A program made the position numbers and the translations under genes. From an uncultured virus (IMG/VR IMGVR_UViG_3300007511_001983) (lineage: Duplodnaviria > Heunggongvirae > Uroviricota > Caudoviricetes): a stretch of DNA of 64,000 bases. Every line of letters begins with the position of its first letter. Position 1 is the first letter of the stretch. The DNA is taken from positions 1 to 64,000 of the IMG/VR virus record IMGVR_UViG_3300007511_001983; one strand, written 5' to 3'. The notes beneath the pieces are model-generated. The model was not told where the DNA came from. It saw only the letters and a list, made by a program, of their open reading frames with translations, and searched no databases. Shown here piece after piece: positions 9,486 through 17,968 of this stretch.

Positions 9486-9901
9486 CACAAAAAACAAAGA
9501 AAAAAATCTGGTCGGATTCATCAATACTCAAATCAATTAAAAACCCAACACCAGACTCATACGAAGTAAAAATCAAAGCTCCCGAAGTTACGTTCATGGG
9601 TGGAAAAAATAAGCCAGATTTTGCGTCTGTGTATTTAATTATGTATCCGCAAGATCATGTAGTTGAACTCAAATCTTTAAAGCTATATTTTTATCAATTC
9701 CGTGAAAAGCTCTTTTCATATGAAAGAATAATTAATGTAATTTATGATGATCTCATGAAAGTATACAAGCCAGAAAGATTAAGAGTAATGATAGATTTTA
9801 ATCCTCGAGGTGGAATATCATCAAGATTGACAATCGACTCAGACTGGAAATCTCGAGGCGGAAAAGATAAGTTTAAAAATTGGAATGAGAGCCCGTGGTA
9901 A
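9482..9901 (+). CDS. queF: QueF-like T-fold protein lacking the catalytic Cys
   Basis: PDFA, VELKSLKLY, PRGGI motifs; no Cys in the protein. Confidence 0.75.
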   Translation: MTQKTKKKIWSDSSILKSIKNPTPDSYEVKIKAPEVTFMGGKNKPDFASVYLIMYPQDHVVELKSLKLYFYQFREKLFSYERIINVIYDDLMKVYKPERLRVMIDFNPRGGISSRLTIDSDWKSRGGKDKFKNWNESPW

Positions 9902-10341
9902 AAAACAAGCTCAAAGTAGGATTCACATGCAGCAGTTTCGACCTATTGCATCCAGGGCACGTTGTAATGCTCAAGGATTGCAAGAATGTATGTGACTATT
10001 TGATTGTCGGGTTACAAACTGATCCAACGATTGACCGCAAGGACAAAAACAAGCCAATCCAGACATTCCGCGAAAGAGAGCTTATGATTCGCTCTATTAA
10101 GTACGTCGATGAGGTTGCCAAGTATGAGACTGAAGCAGAGCTTTATGAGCTAATCAAGGATTTAAATCCAGAAGTCAGAATTTTGGGAACCGACTGGAAA
10201 GACAAAGAGTTTACTGGGCATGATCTTGAAATTCCGATTCACTGGCACAATCGTGATCATGACTGGTCAACATCAGAATTAAGAAGTAGAATTTACCGAG
10301 TAGAGCTAGACAAAATGGAAAGATTAATGGGGCGTCTATGA
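9895..10341 (+). CDS. Glycerol-3-phosphate cytidylyltransferase-like (TagD family)
   Basis: SFDLLHPGH, GTDW, STSELR. Confidence 0.85.
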   Translation: MVKNKLKVGFTCSSFDLLHPGHVVMLKDCKNVCDYLIVGLQTDPTIDRKDKNKPIQTFRERELMIRSIKYVDEVAKYETEAELYELIKDLNPEVRILGTDWKDKEFTGHDLEIPIHWHNRDHDWSTSELRSRIYRVELDKMERLMGRL

Positions 10342-11267
10342 GTAGAAAAGCATTAGTAACAGGCGCAGCAGGATTCATCGGCTCAAACTTGGTTCGAAAG
10401 CTGCTTGAAGAAGGCTGGAGTGTCACGGGTGTCGACGACCTCAGCTCTGGGCATCTTGAGTTAGTTGAGGGTTGTAAGGGCCTCCGACTCATTGTCGATG
10501 ACTTTGCAGGAGCGCAAGCAATAGCTGAGATAGAAAGGGGCGACTACGATGTTGTGTTTCATGTCGCCGCAATCCCACGAGTAAGCTACTCAGTTGAGCA
10601 CCCATCAGAGACAACTCTGACAAATATCGCAAAGACAGTCAAGTTAATGGAAGCATGTCGAGGAACTATTGACAGGTTCGTGTTCTCATCGTCATCGTCA
10701 GTCTACGGCGGCGCCGAGATCATGCCTACACCGACTGATCACCCGCGAGATCCCAAGTCGCCATATGCATGGCACAAGTCGTCAATCGAAGATCTACTTC
10801 GAATGTTCGGCAACCTTCATGATTTTGACTCTGTGTGTCTGAGATACTTTAATGTCTTCGGCCCAAATCAATATGGTGACTCGCCGTATTCAACAGCTAT
10901 ATCTGCTTGGTGTCATGCAATCAAGCACGGAACGCCCCTTCGATCTGACGGAACTGGCGAGCAATCACGTGACATGTGCTATGTTGACAATGTAGTTGAC
11001 ATGAACATTCGGGCTGCAAATCACGCCGAGTCTTTAAGAGGAGAATCATTCAATGTTGCATGCGGAGATCGAACGACAAATAACGAAATCCTCGAGGCAC
11101 TAAAAGAGAGATTCGGAGATCTGGATATCAATCATGCACCACCCCGCCCCGGCGACGTTATGCACACCCAGGCAGATATCTCAGAGACAGAACGAGTATT
11201 TGGATACAAGCCGCTGGTAAAATTTTGGCCCGGGTTCCAGAAAACGCTAGAGTGGTGGGATATTTAA
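10338..11267 (+). CDS. NAD-dependent epimerase/dehydratase (extended SDR)
   Basis: TGAAGFIG, SSSSVYG, YAWHK, LRYFNVFGP. Confidence 0.9.
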   Translation: MSRKALVTGAAGFIGSNLVRKLLEEGWSVTGVDDLSSGHLELVEGCKGLRLIVDDFAGAQAIAEIERGDYDVVFHVAAIPRVSYSVEHPSETTLTNIAKTVKLMEACRGTIDRFVFSSSSSVYGGAEIMPTPTDHPRDPKSPYAWHKSSIEDLLRMFGNLHDFDSVCLRYFNVFGPNQYGDSPYSTAISAWCHAIKHGTPLRSDGTGEQSRDMCYVDNVVDMNIRAANHAESLRGESFNVACGDRTTNNEILEALKERFGDLDINHAPPRPGDVMHTQADISETERVFGYKPLVKFWPGFQKTLEWWDI

Positions 11268-11291
11268 TCATACCGACACGAGGATAATGAT

Positions 11292-11603
11292 ATGAAAATA
11301 ACTCTCGCTGAGCTAAGATGCTTAATTAAAGAAGCAATTGCTGATACAGGCGACTCTTTCGACCCACTTTCATTCCTAAGAAGATCAAGGAAGGTAAACT
11401 ATAAACCCCTACCAGATAGCATGCGACGAGAGTATGATGCAGCCACTACGATATTGAGCACCGCAAGTGATACAATGTCTCTTGAAGAGCTTATTCATTC
11501 ACTTGAAACCGACGAGAACCCCATAGAGAGATCTGCCGCTGATCCTCGGTATGCGCAGATTGAGCTAGCATGGATCGAGCACCAGCATGCACAGAAGGCA
11601 TAG
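11292..11603 (+). CDS. Hypothetical protein with MKIT..LR.LIKE leader
   Basis: MKITLAELRCLIKEAI; ATATTTAA upstream. Confidence 0.6.
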   Translation: MKITLAELRCLIKEAIADTGDSFDPLSFLRRSRKVNYKPLPDSMRREYDAATTILSTASDTMSLEELIHSLETDENPIERSAADPRYAQIELAWIEHQHAQKA

Positions 11604-11612
11604 CAACTTAGA

Positions 11613-12119
11613 TTGGAACTTTCCCTTGGGATAAAGAACAAAAAGATTAGGATCGCGTTCTACAAAGGGCCAATGAACTGGCGAACGTGGATTGTCAAGT
11701 GGCGAACTGGCGGAACATATACTCACTGTGAATTAGTGATGCCGTCAGGCGACTGTATTGGTATTTCACCAGAAGATTCACCGCCAAGAATCAGGATGAA
11801 GCGACAAGAACTACCCGATGATGATTGGGATTTCATCGACATAATGGTCGACAAGATCCAGATCATAAAGATCATTTCGTTTTTCAATAGCACATACGGG
11901 CATAAATACGACTGGTTCGGGATGGTGATGTCATATGCTTCGCCTTGGTTCATCAAACATGAGAGAAAATGGTACTGCAGTCAATGGATTGCGACGCTGC
12001 TCACAGTGTCTGATGTTTATTCATTTAACTATATCAAGATGTCGCCGACAAAACTATATGACATGCTGAGCATGAAAGTCAATAACGGATTAATCGACGG
12101 ATCAGTAGAAGATGCATGA
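11613..12119 (+). CDS. Permuted papain-like NlpC/P60 amidase (YiiX/YaeF-like)
   Basis: THCEL ... KYDW ... WYCSQ (His before Cys). Confidence 0.65.
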   Translation: MELSLGIKNKKIRIAFYKGPMNWRTWIVKWRTGGTYTHCELVMPSGDCIGISPEDSPPRIRMKRQELPDDDWDFIDIMVDKIQIIKIISFFNSTYGHKYDWFGMVMSYASPWFIKHERKWYCSQWIATLLTVSDVYSFNYIKMSPTKLYDMLSMKVNNGLIDGSVEDA

Positions 12120-12198
12120 TCTCTTTTCTAGCGAGTGGTTCAAAATTGCAATGGTTGCATTACTCATCATCGCTCTAAGGGCCTCGGGAAAGCAATAA
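12112..12198 (+). CDS. Possible 28-aa single-TM microprotein
   Basis: MHDLFSSEWFKIAMVALLIIALRASGKQ fills the gap exactly; its stop abuts the next ATG. Confidence 0.4.
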   Translation: MHDLFSSEWFKIAMVALLIIALRASGKQ

Positions 12199-12681
12199 AT
12201 GATATTAAGTTTAATTTTAGCTGCAAATATTTGTAATAGCCCAATAAAATTAAACACTGGGTATATTTCTTCCCATTATGGCCCGAGGCAAATGATTAAG
12301 AACGGCTTAGTGTCACACCACGACGGAGTTGATATTGCAGCAAAAGTTGGGACACCAATCTATTCAATTCAGGCAGGTAAGATAAAGTCAGTTCATATTC
12401 AAGACGATGGAGCAAAGATTGTCGACACTATTTCAGTTGATGATCAAGGTGTTTCCAGGATTATACGATATGCTCACCTAAGCAAATTTTCTGTCACAGA
12501 AGGTCAGCTTATTGAATCGGGTGGATTAATCGGTTATGTGGGAATGACTGGGAATACAACCGGCCCACACGTTCATATTTCAACAGCCCTTTATGTTCAC
12601 AATAAGGGTAAATACATTCATCAAAATCCCGAAAAAGTTTTAAACCTCTGTAAATACAAGGTGAAAATTGAGTATAAATAA
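12199..12681 (+). CDS. M23 family peptidase with signal peptide
   Basis: HDGVD, YAHL, TGPHVH. Confidence 0.88.
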   Translation: MILSLILAANICNSPIKLNTGYISSHYGPRQMIKNGLVSHHDGVDIAAKVGTPIYSIQAGKIKSVHIQDDGAKIVDTISVDDQGVSRIIRYAHLSKFSVTEGQLIESGGLIGYVGMTGNTTGPHVHISTALYVHNKGKYIHQNPEKVLNLCKYKVKIEYK

Positions 12682-12733
12682 AGCAGCTCTGTCAATCACT
12701 AGCAAGGTTTTTAAAAATAAATGAAAAAAAGAG

Positions 12734-12760
12734 GAAACCCTCTCGAAAAATGTCCGATAA
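12734..12760 (+). promoter_or_regulatory. sigma28/FliA-like promoter GAAA-N15-TCCGATAA
   Basis: One mismatch per box to TAAA-N15-GCCGATAA with exact spacing; upstream of the T3SS-like module. Confidence 0.4.
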
Positions 12761-12796
12761 TATAGATAGGAAAACAATTAATGGGAGGTTTTCAAA

Positions 12797-13621
12797 ATGG
12801 TAGTTGGAATTAATTCTCTTGGGACACGCGTTAATAAAGCAATGGATAATCTTGGTTACCCAGATGCAATTGGCGATATTGTCGGAGCCCAAACTGATCT
12901 TGCAACCTTTAACATCTCAGGCGCAGTTCAAAACTGGAAAGATCTATTCTCAGGAATGCCGACTGCAAAGTTTCTAACTAAACCATCTGATGCAATTGCG
13001 CGATCACGACAATTGCATAGTGACACATATGCAGCAGGTTCAGGTGGAACATTGGCTACTGCACTCCAAAAGATGGACGGCGAACTCATGGATCTTATGA
13101 AAGCTGCAGGTTCAAAAGTAGGTTCATTAATGAATCAACAAGGGAGTGGCCAAGCTGACCTTGGCGATCTGGTCGGCCCAAATGCACCAATTGAAGACCG
13201 AATTGCAGCTTTCTTGTTCAAGCAAATGAAGGAAAGCGATAAAGCTCTTGAAGCACAAATGAAGAAATACGAAGCTATCGGTAAATCTACCAAAAAGAAA
13301 TCGGGTGGATTCTTTGGTTCAATCAAATCTGCATTCAAATCAGTTGCATCATCTGCATTTTCAATCGGCGGAGGAGCGCTCGGCGGAATGATCGGCGGTC
13401 CAATCGGAACCAAACTCGGTTCTGCGTTCGGCGGCGGATTATTCGGCGGAATGTTCGGCAAGAAAAAAGCAGCTAGTAGTGACAAGGAACATTCAAAATC
13501 AGTAATGAACTTTAAGATTCAGCAATTGATGAACAAAAGGGCACAATTACATGACTTAATATCTAATGTTTTAAAAACGATGCATTCAATGAGCATGAAT
13601 TGCATTAGAAATATAAAATAA
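12797..13621 (+). CDS. T3SS-associated needle/translocator-like protein with glycine zipper
   Basis: Gly-zipper GGGALGGMIGGPIG; C-terminus QQLMNKRAQLHDLISNVLKTMHSMSMNCIRNIK is paralogous to the 14603 C-terminus. Confidence 0.55.
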   Translation: MVVGINSLGTRVNKAMDNLGYPDAIGDIVGAQTDLATFNISGAVQNWKDLFSGMPTAKFLTKPSDAIARSRQLHSDTYAAGSGGTLATALQKMDGELMDLMKAAGSKVGSLMNQQGSGQADLGDLVGPNAPIEDRIAAFLFKQMKESDKALEAQMKKYEAIGKSTKKKSGGFFGSIKSAFKSVASSAFSIGGGALGGMIGGPIGTKLGSAFGGGLFGGMFGKKKAASSDKEHSKSVMNFKIQQLMNKRAQLHDLISNVLKTMHSMSMNCIRNIK

Positions 13622-13636
13622 TAAATATTTATCAAT

Positions 13637-14599
13637 ATGTTAGTTGAAACATTTTACATAGTTCCGGCAGATGGAAAACAAAAAAACCCAAGAAAGAAGC
13701 TGGTTGCTAAATTTAGTTGTGATATATGCAGTGAAGAATTTCAATCTTCAAATTCAATAAAAAAGAAGATTAAAAGAAATAATCACTTTTGTTCTAAGTT
13801 TTGTTTCGGTGAATCTTTAAGAAATTCTGGTCATTTAAGACGACAGATAGAAGATACAAATTTAAAAAAGTATGGAGTAAAAAATCCTGCGTCACTCAAA
13901 GAAACTAAAGAGAAAATAGAGAACACTAGATTAAAAAAGTATGGTGTAAAGCACTTGATGCAATCGCAGGAATTCTTAGACAAGAGGGTTAAAACATATA
14001 TTAAGAATCTTGGTGTTGATAATCCGTCAAAATCAAAAGAAGTTCAAGATAAGAAGGTTATGACTAGCATAAAGAACCACGGAGCAACTCATCCGCACAT
14101 GAGTAAAAAAATACAAGAAAAATATAAGAAAACATGTAGGGAGAGGTTTGGTGTAGATAACCCGCTATCAAATAACAGGGTAAGAGAAAAATGCAAAGAA
14201 ACGCTTGTGAAAAGATATGGTGTAGAGTTTTCACTACAGTCTGACGAGATAATTGAAAAATTTTATAAAACAAAATTTGGAATATCAAGAAGCGACTACA
14301 TTGCACAACTGCCAGAGTTTGAAAACTACAAAAGAGAAGTAAGTAAGATCACAAACCAACAACCCATTCACTTGCTAGAAAACTCTAATAAAAATAGAGG
14401 TAAAGGTGAAGACGACTACCAGCTTGATCACATGTTTTCAAAGCGGGAAGGTTTTTTACAAGATATAGATTCAGAAATAATTGGAAATATATGCAATCTT
14501 GAATTCATCCCGGCAAGAGAAAATATATCAAAGGGAAAAGATTGCTCGATATCAAAAGAAGAACTAATAAAAAGATTCAACGAATCAGATAAGGAATAA
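13637..14599 (+). mobile_element. Free-standing HNH-type homing endonuclease with KKYGVxNP repeats
   Basis: Repeated (K/R)(Y/F)GV.NP units; YQLDH...NLEFIPARENISKG; AT-rich. Confidence 0.7.
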
Positions 14600-14602
14600 A
14601 AA

Positions 14603-15091
14603 ATGACCGGTATCAATAGATTAAACAGTGGAAATTCAATTCGAGTTAATTCGGCACCGCTTCATACCCGACAAACTGCAAGAAATGATTTTGGGTCACA
14701 GATAGGCCGCGGAGTTGCTAACGGTGCAAATGCTGTAGCTGGCGCTGTTGCAGTTGCTGCACCATTCGTCCCAGGCGGAGCGGTTGTAAGTGCTACCGTA
14801 AATCAAGCAGCAGGCGCCATCGGCAATTACGCCCCAGGTGGAACAATGAATACTCCGGGCCAGATGCCGGGACCAAATACCCAAATTGGTGCTGGTCAAG
14901 CCGGAACCTCAAGCACACAATCACTGATGGATCAAACTAAGCAAATGCAGGAGATGCAGATGTCGTTCAATCTACAATATCTAAATCTTCAAAATAAGAT
15001 GCAAAATGAGAATCGTCAATATAGTACTATCTCAAATGTCCTTAAAGCAAAGTCAGATACTGCTAAGAACGCAATAAATAATATACGCTAA
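14603..15091 (+). CDS. T3SS needle-subunit-like (SctF-like, myxobacterial type)
   Basis: C-terminus QYLNLQNKMQNENRQYSTISNVLKAKSDTAKNAINNIR resembles needle-protein C-helices. Confidence 0.65.
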   Translation: MTGINRLNSGNSIRVNSAPLHTRQTARNDFGSQIGRGVANGANAVAGAVAVAAPFVPGGAVVSATVNQAAGAIGNYAPGGTMNTPGQMPGPNTQIGAGQAGTSSTQSLMDQTKQMQEMQMSFNLQYLNLQNKMQNENRQYSTISNVLKAKSDTAKNAINNIR

Positions 15092-15093
15092 AA

Positions 15094-15501
15094 ATGGATA
15101 TCCCTGGTCTTAATATACAGATACCTGCAGTTAATCCTCAAGTATCACCACAGAATATATCTAAGAGTTTCCAGGATGTCCTTAGTGAAGGTTCGTCTTC
15201 TTCTACAATAGGTAATATATCTTCCACCCAAAAGATGACAGAAGTCACACCTACACCAAAACTCCGAGTAGACAAAACAGAAAATACAAACTTCAATAAA
15301 ATATTCTCAGGTTTGATATCTGGGCAAGGGAAACTCGACAAAATAATCAAGCTTGCAACCTCAGGAAAGTCATTCAGTCCTACCGAACTACTTGCAATTC
15401 AAGCAGGAGTTTATAAATTCAGTCAGGAACTTGAATTAACTTCAAAGGTGGTCGAAAAAGCAACTGATGGTGTTAAACAGACTTTACAGACTCAGGTATA
15501 A
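15094..15501 (+). CDS. T3SS inner-rod-like protein (SctI; YscI/HrpB2 family)
   Basis: SPTELLAIQAGVYKFSQELELTSKVVEKATDGVKQTLQTQV. Confidence 0.72.
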   Translation: MDIPGLNIQIPAVNPQVSPQNISKSFQDVLSEGSSSSTIGNISSTQKMTEVTPTPKLRVDKTENTNFNKIFSGLISGQGKLDKIIKLATSGKSFSPTELLAIQAGVYKFSQELELTSKVVEKATDGVKQTLQTQV

Positions 15502-15520
15502 ATCTTTCCTCGCATAGGGT

Positions 15521-15528
15521 ATATTTAT
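15521..15528 (+). promoter_or_regulatory. ATATTTAT putative late-promoter motif (representative copy)
   Basis: Also at 1767, 4558, 13625, 16682, 18833, 23452, 27685, 62833; variants at 4596, 11260, 36823, 38073. Confidence 0.55.
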
Positions 15529-15546
15529 TAATACCTTCCTCGGAGT

Positions 15547-15999
15547 GTGTATATGCAAATCAAGTTAAATGAATTACGTCAAATAATTCGAGAAGAACTA
15601 AGCAGAATCAATGAATCATCTGAACATGATCACGAAACGATTTGGGATAAAGCTGACGAAATGTTAAAGTCAGAACTATCTCCTGACGAGATAAGTCAGT
15701 TTATGGGTCTTGCTGCACTTTACGATGAAGGAAAAACATATACAGAAATTCAAGGTTGGCTTCGGTTTAGGCCTCAAATAAAGAGGCTTTTAATTTCAGC
15801 TGCTTTAGGAAACAAACCTAAATCAGTTAAAAAACATTTAAACCGTTTGTCAAAATATTTAGATGAGTATTTAAAAGTATCAAATCAATCTATTGACGAC
15901 CTTCAAGATGACGGCTGGGATTCTTTCGTTGGAATATCTGAAGAAATTATGTCTAATCCAATGAGTGCATCATTTTTAAAAAGGCGATGGAAGTCGTAA
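15547..15999 (+). CDS. Hypothetical protein with LRQIIREEL leader
   Basis: IKLNELRQIIREELSRINES. Confidence 0.6.
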   Translation: MYMQIKLNELRQIIREELSRINESSEHDHETIWDKADEMLKSELSPDEISQFMGLAALYDEGKTYTEIQGWLRFRPQIKRLLISAALGNKPKSVKKHLNRLSKYLDEYLKVSNQSIDDLQDDGWDSFVGISEEIMSNPMSASFLKRRWKS

Positions 16000-16005
16000 G
16001 ATACG

Positions 16006-16680
16006 ATGCCTAATATGAAACTAATAATGGAAAACTGGCGTGGGTTCCTAAAAGAATCCAAACACGACGTCAAAGTTCGTCACTTATCATTCGAAATGAT
16101 GCAATATATCAAATCAGGTGAAACAGAAGATCCATTCATAACTGACATAACAATCAAAAACCACAATCTAATCGATCCTGACGACGAGTTTGATGACCCT
16201 GAAACCTGGGACGACGTTGAGGTCACACTTGATGTCCTCCGAGATCCAGAGTGGGGAATTCCGTTCACATTAAACGGAGGAGCTTCAGGCGATGCTATCG
16301 AACTAAACTTGACAATAAATCCAGAATACGAACCAAACATCTGGTCAGATATCAATATCGAACTCCACGATGCCATCCGACACGAAATAGAGCATATAAC
16401 CCAGGATAGAAATCCAAGTAAAGGGCTAAAAGATTCACATCAGGAAAGCACACTTCCATATGCAGAATATCTTTTACTCCCACACGAAATACCGGCCTTC
16501 GTTAACGGCTTCAATGCCAGAAGGAAAAAAATGAAATCTACTTTAACTCAAGCTATAGATGATTTCTTGGTCAAGCATAGGGCAATGTTCACAAACGGCA
16601 AAGAAGACAAAGAAATAAAAAGAGTTAGACAGGTATGGCTCGACTGGGCAAAAGAAAACTTGCCTAACACACCAATGTAA
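16006..16680 (+). CDS. Zincin-like HExxH protein with MKLIMENWR leader
   Basis: RHEIEHITQ and HEIPAF. Confidence 0.55.
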   Translation: MPNMKLIMENWRGFLKESKHDVKVRHLSFEMMQYIKSGETEDPFITDITIKNHNLIDPDDEFDDPETWDDVEVTLDVLRDPEWGIPFTLNGGASGDAIELNLTINPEYEPNIWSDINIELHDAIRHEIEHITQDRNPSKGLKDSHQESTLPYAEYLLLPHEIPAFVNGFNARRKKMKSTLTQAIDDFLVKHRAMFTNGKEDKEIKRVRQVWLDWAKENLPNTPM

Positions 16681-16712
16681 GATATTTATTAAATGACTTC
16701 CGGGATTTTATT

Positions 16713-17918
16713 ATGACACTAAATGAAAATGACTTGCGATTGCTAATTAGATCTATTCTGCAAGAGCAAGAAGAGCCTGAAGAAGAAGAAGCGCTCGAAG
16801 TAGAGAAAGAAGATTTGACGCCGTTCGAGATGTCAACAGTTGCAAAAAACAAAGCAGCTATTTTCATACAAGTGCTGAAGTCATTAGGGCTCCCGGTCAG
16901 AGACAAACATGTTAAAGCAAGTATAAAATCTGGAGGCGAAATTCGGGTAGCAATAGATCAGGATGTTACAGAGCCCAAAACTGAAAAAGAGCTCCTGACT
17001 TTCGTCGAACTAGCATTCCAAAAAATACTAGGTAGAGATGTCGAAGTCGAAGTTCTCTCTCCGAATGAGGGAAGAAATACTAGCGGAACATATGCAGGAT
17101 ACAGTGTTGAAGGGCAACCACTAATTTCATTTGGGAATTCTGGATTTGGAAAATCGCAACGGGCCGGAGGGTTCGAATATGAAACAAGAATGGCAGAATT
17201 CCTTAAGGATGAAAACATAGACTTTAAAGCTGACGACAACATGAAGACGTCAGACATAGAGATAAACGGAATTATGATCGAACTCAAAAAACAAGATGCC
17301 GATGGTGGTTCACCAGCTCTTGTGTATGACTTCAACAAATCAGAATTTTATCCGAAGCGTAGCTCAAGTGCAAATAATTACCTTGTAGATATGATCAACT
17401 CAACATTTGACAAAGAAGAGACAAAGCGAAAACTTGATATCATCAAAAACAAAATCAACCTCGACGCTGCTACGCTCCAGTCAGTCACTATGGAGCAGTT
17501 TGAAACAATAGTTCAGCCTTTTCTAGAAAAAGAGGCAAATCAAAATGTATCTAATTCAAAAATTACCTCTGAAGACATAGCGATGTACTATAGAGAAAAA
17601 GGGGCTAAGTTTATTCAAATACGGGGCAAGGGATTATATCATATAGATGAAAAAAATGCTGCAACCCTAGGTGACGGAAGGAAGACATCGCTGTTTACTT
17701 TCCCGGACGACGTCGGTGCAGCAGTTACTTTTAGAAACTATCACGGTGCTCGCGCCCTCCGCCCAAGAATAAAGGGAAGTGCATTCAAGAAGCCGGAAAA
17801 CTCTCCCGTTAGCCTCGACAATCCTGAAGATCGTAAGCTTTTTGCAGCCTGGGCTGAGAAACAAAACCTCAACGAATCTACACAAAATCGCTGGGAACTT
17901 TTAGCGGGAATTAAGTAA
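16713..17918 (+). CDS. PD-(D/E)xK nuclease-like protein with leader and RWxLLAGI tail
   Basis: GFEYE...SDIEI...IELKK. Confidence 0.45.
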   Translation: MTLNENDLRLLIRSILQEQEEPEEEEALEVEKEDLTPFEMSTVAKNKAAIFIQVLKSLGLPVRDKHVKASIKSGGEIRVAIDQDVTEPKTEKELLTFVELAFQKILGRDVEVEVLSPNEGRNTSGTYAGYSVEGQPLISFGNSGFGKSQRAGGFEYETRMAEFLKDENIDFKADDNMKTSDIEINGIMIELKKQDADGGSPALVYDFNKSEFYPKRSSSANNYLVDMINSTFDKEETKRKLDIIKNKINLDAATLQSVTMEQFETIVQPFLEKEANQNVSNSKITSEDIAMYYREKGAKFIQIRGKGLYHIDEKNAATLGDGRKTSLFTFPDDVGAAVTFRNYHGARALRPRIKGSAFKKPENSPVSLDNPEDRKLFAAWAEKQNLNESTQNRWELLAGIK

Positions 17919-17968
17919 TAAATTTAAAAGACATGTGTTATAATCTTTCATAACGTATAGGAGAAAGC

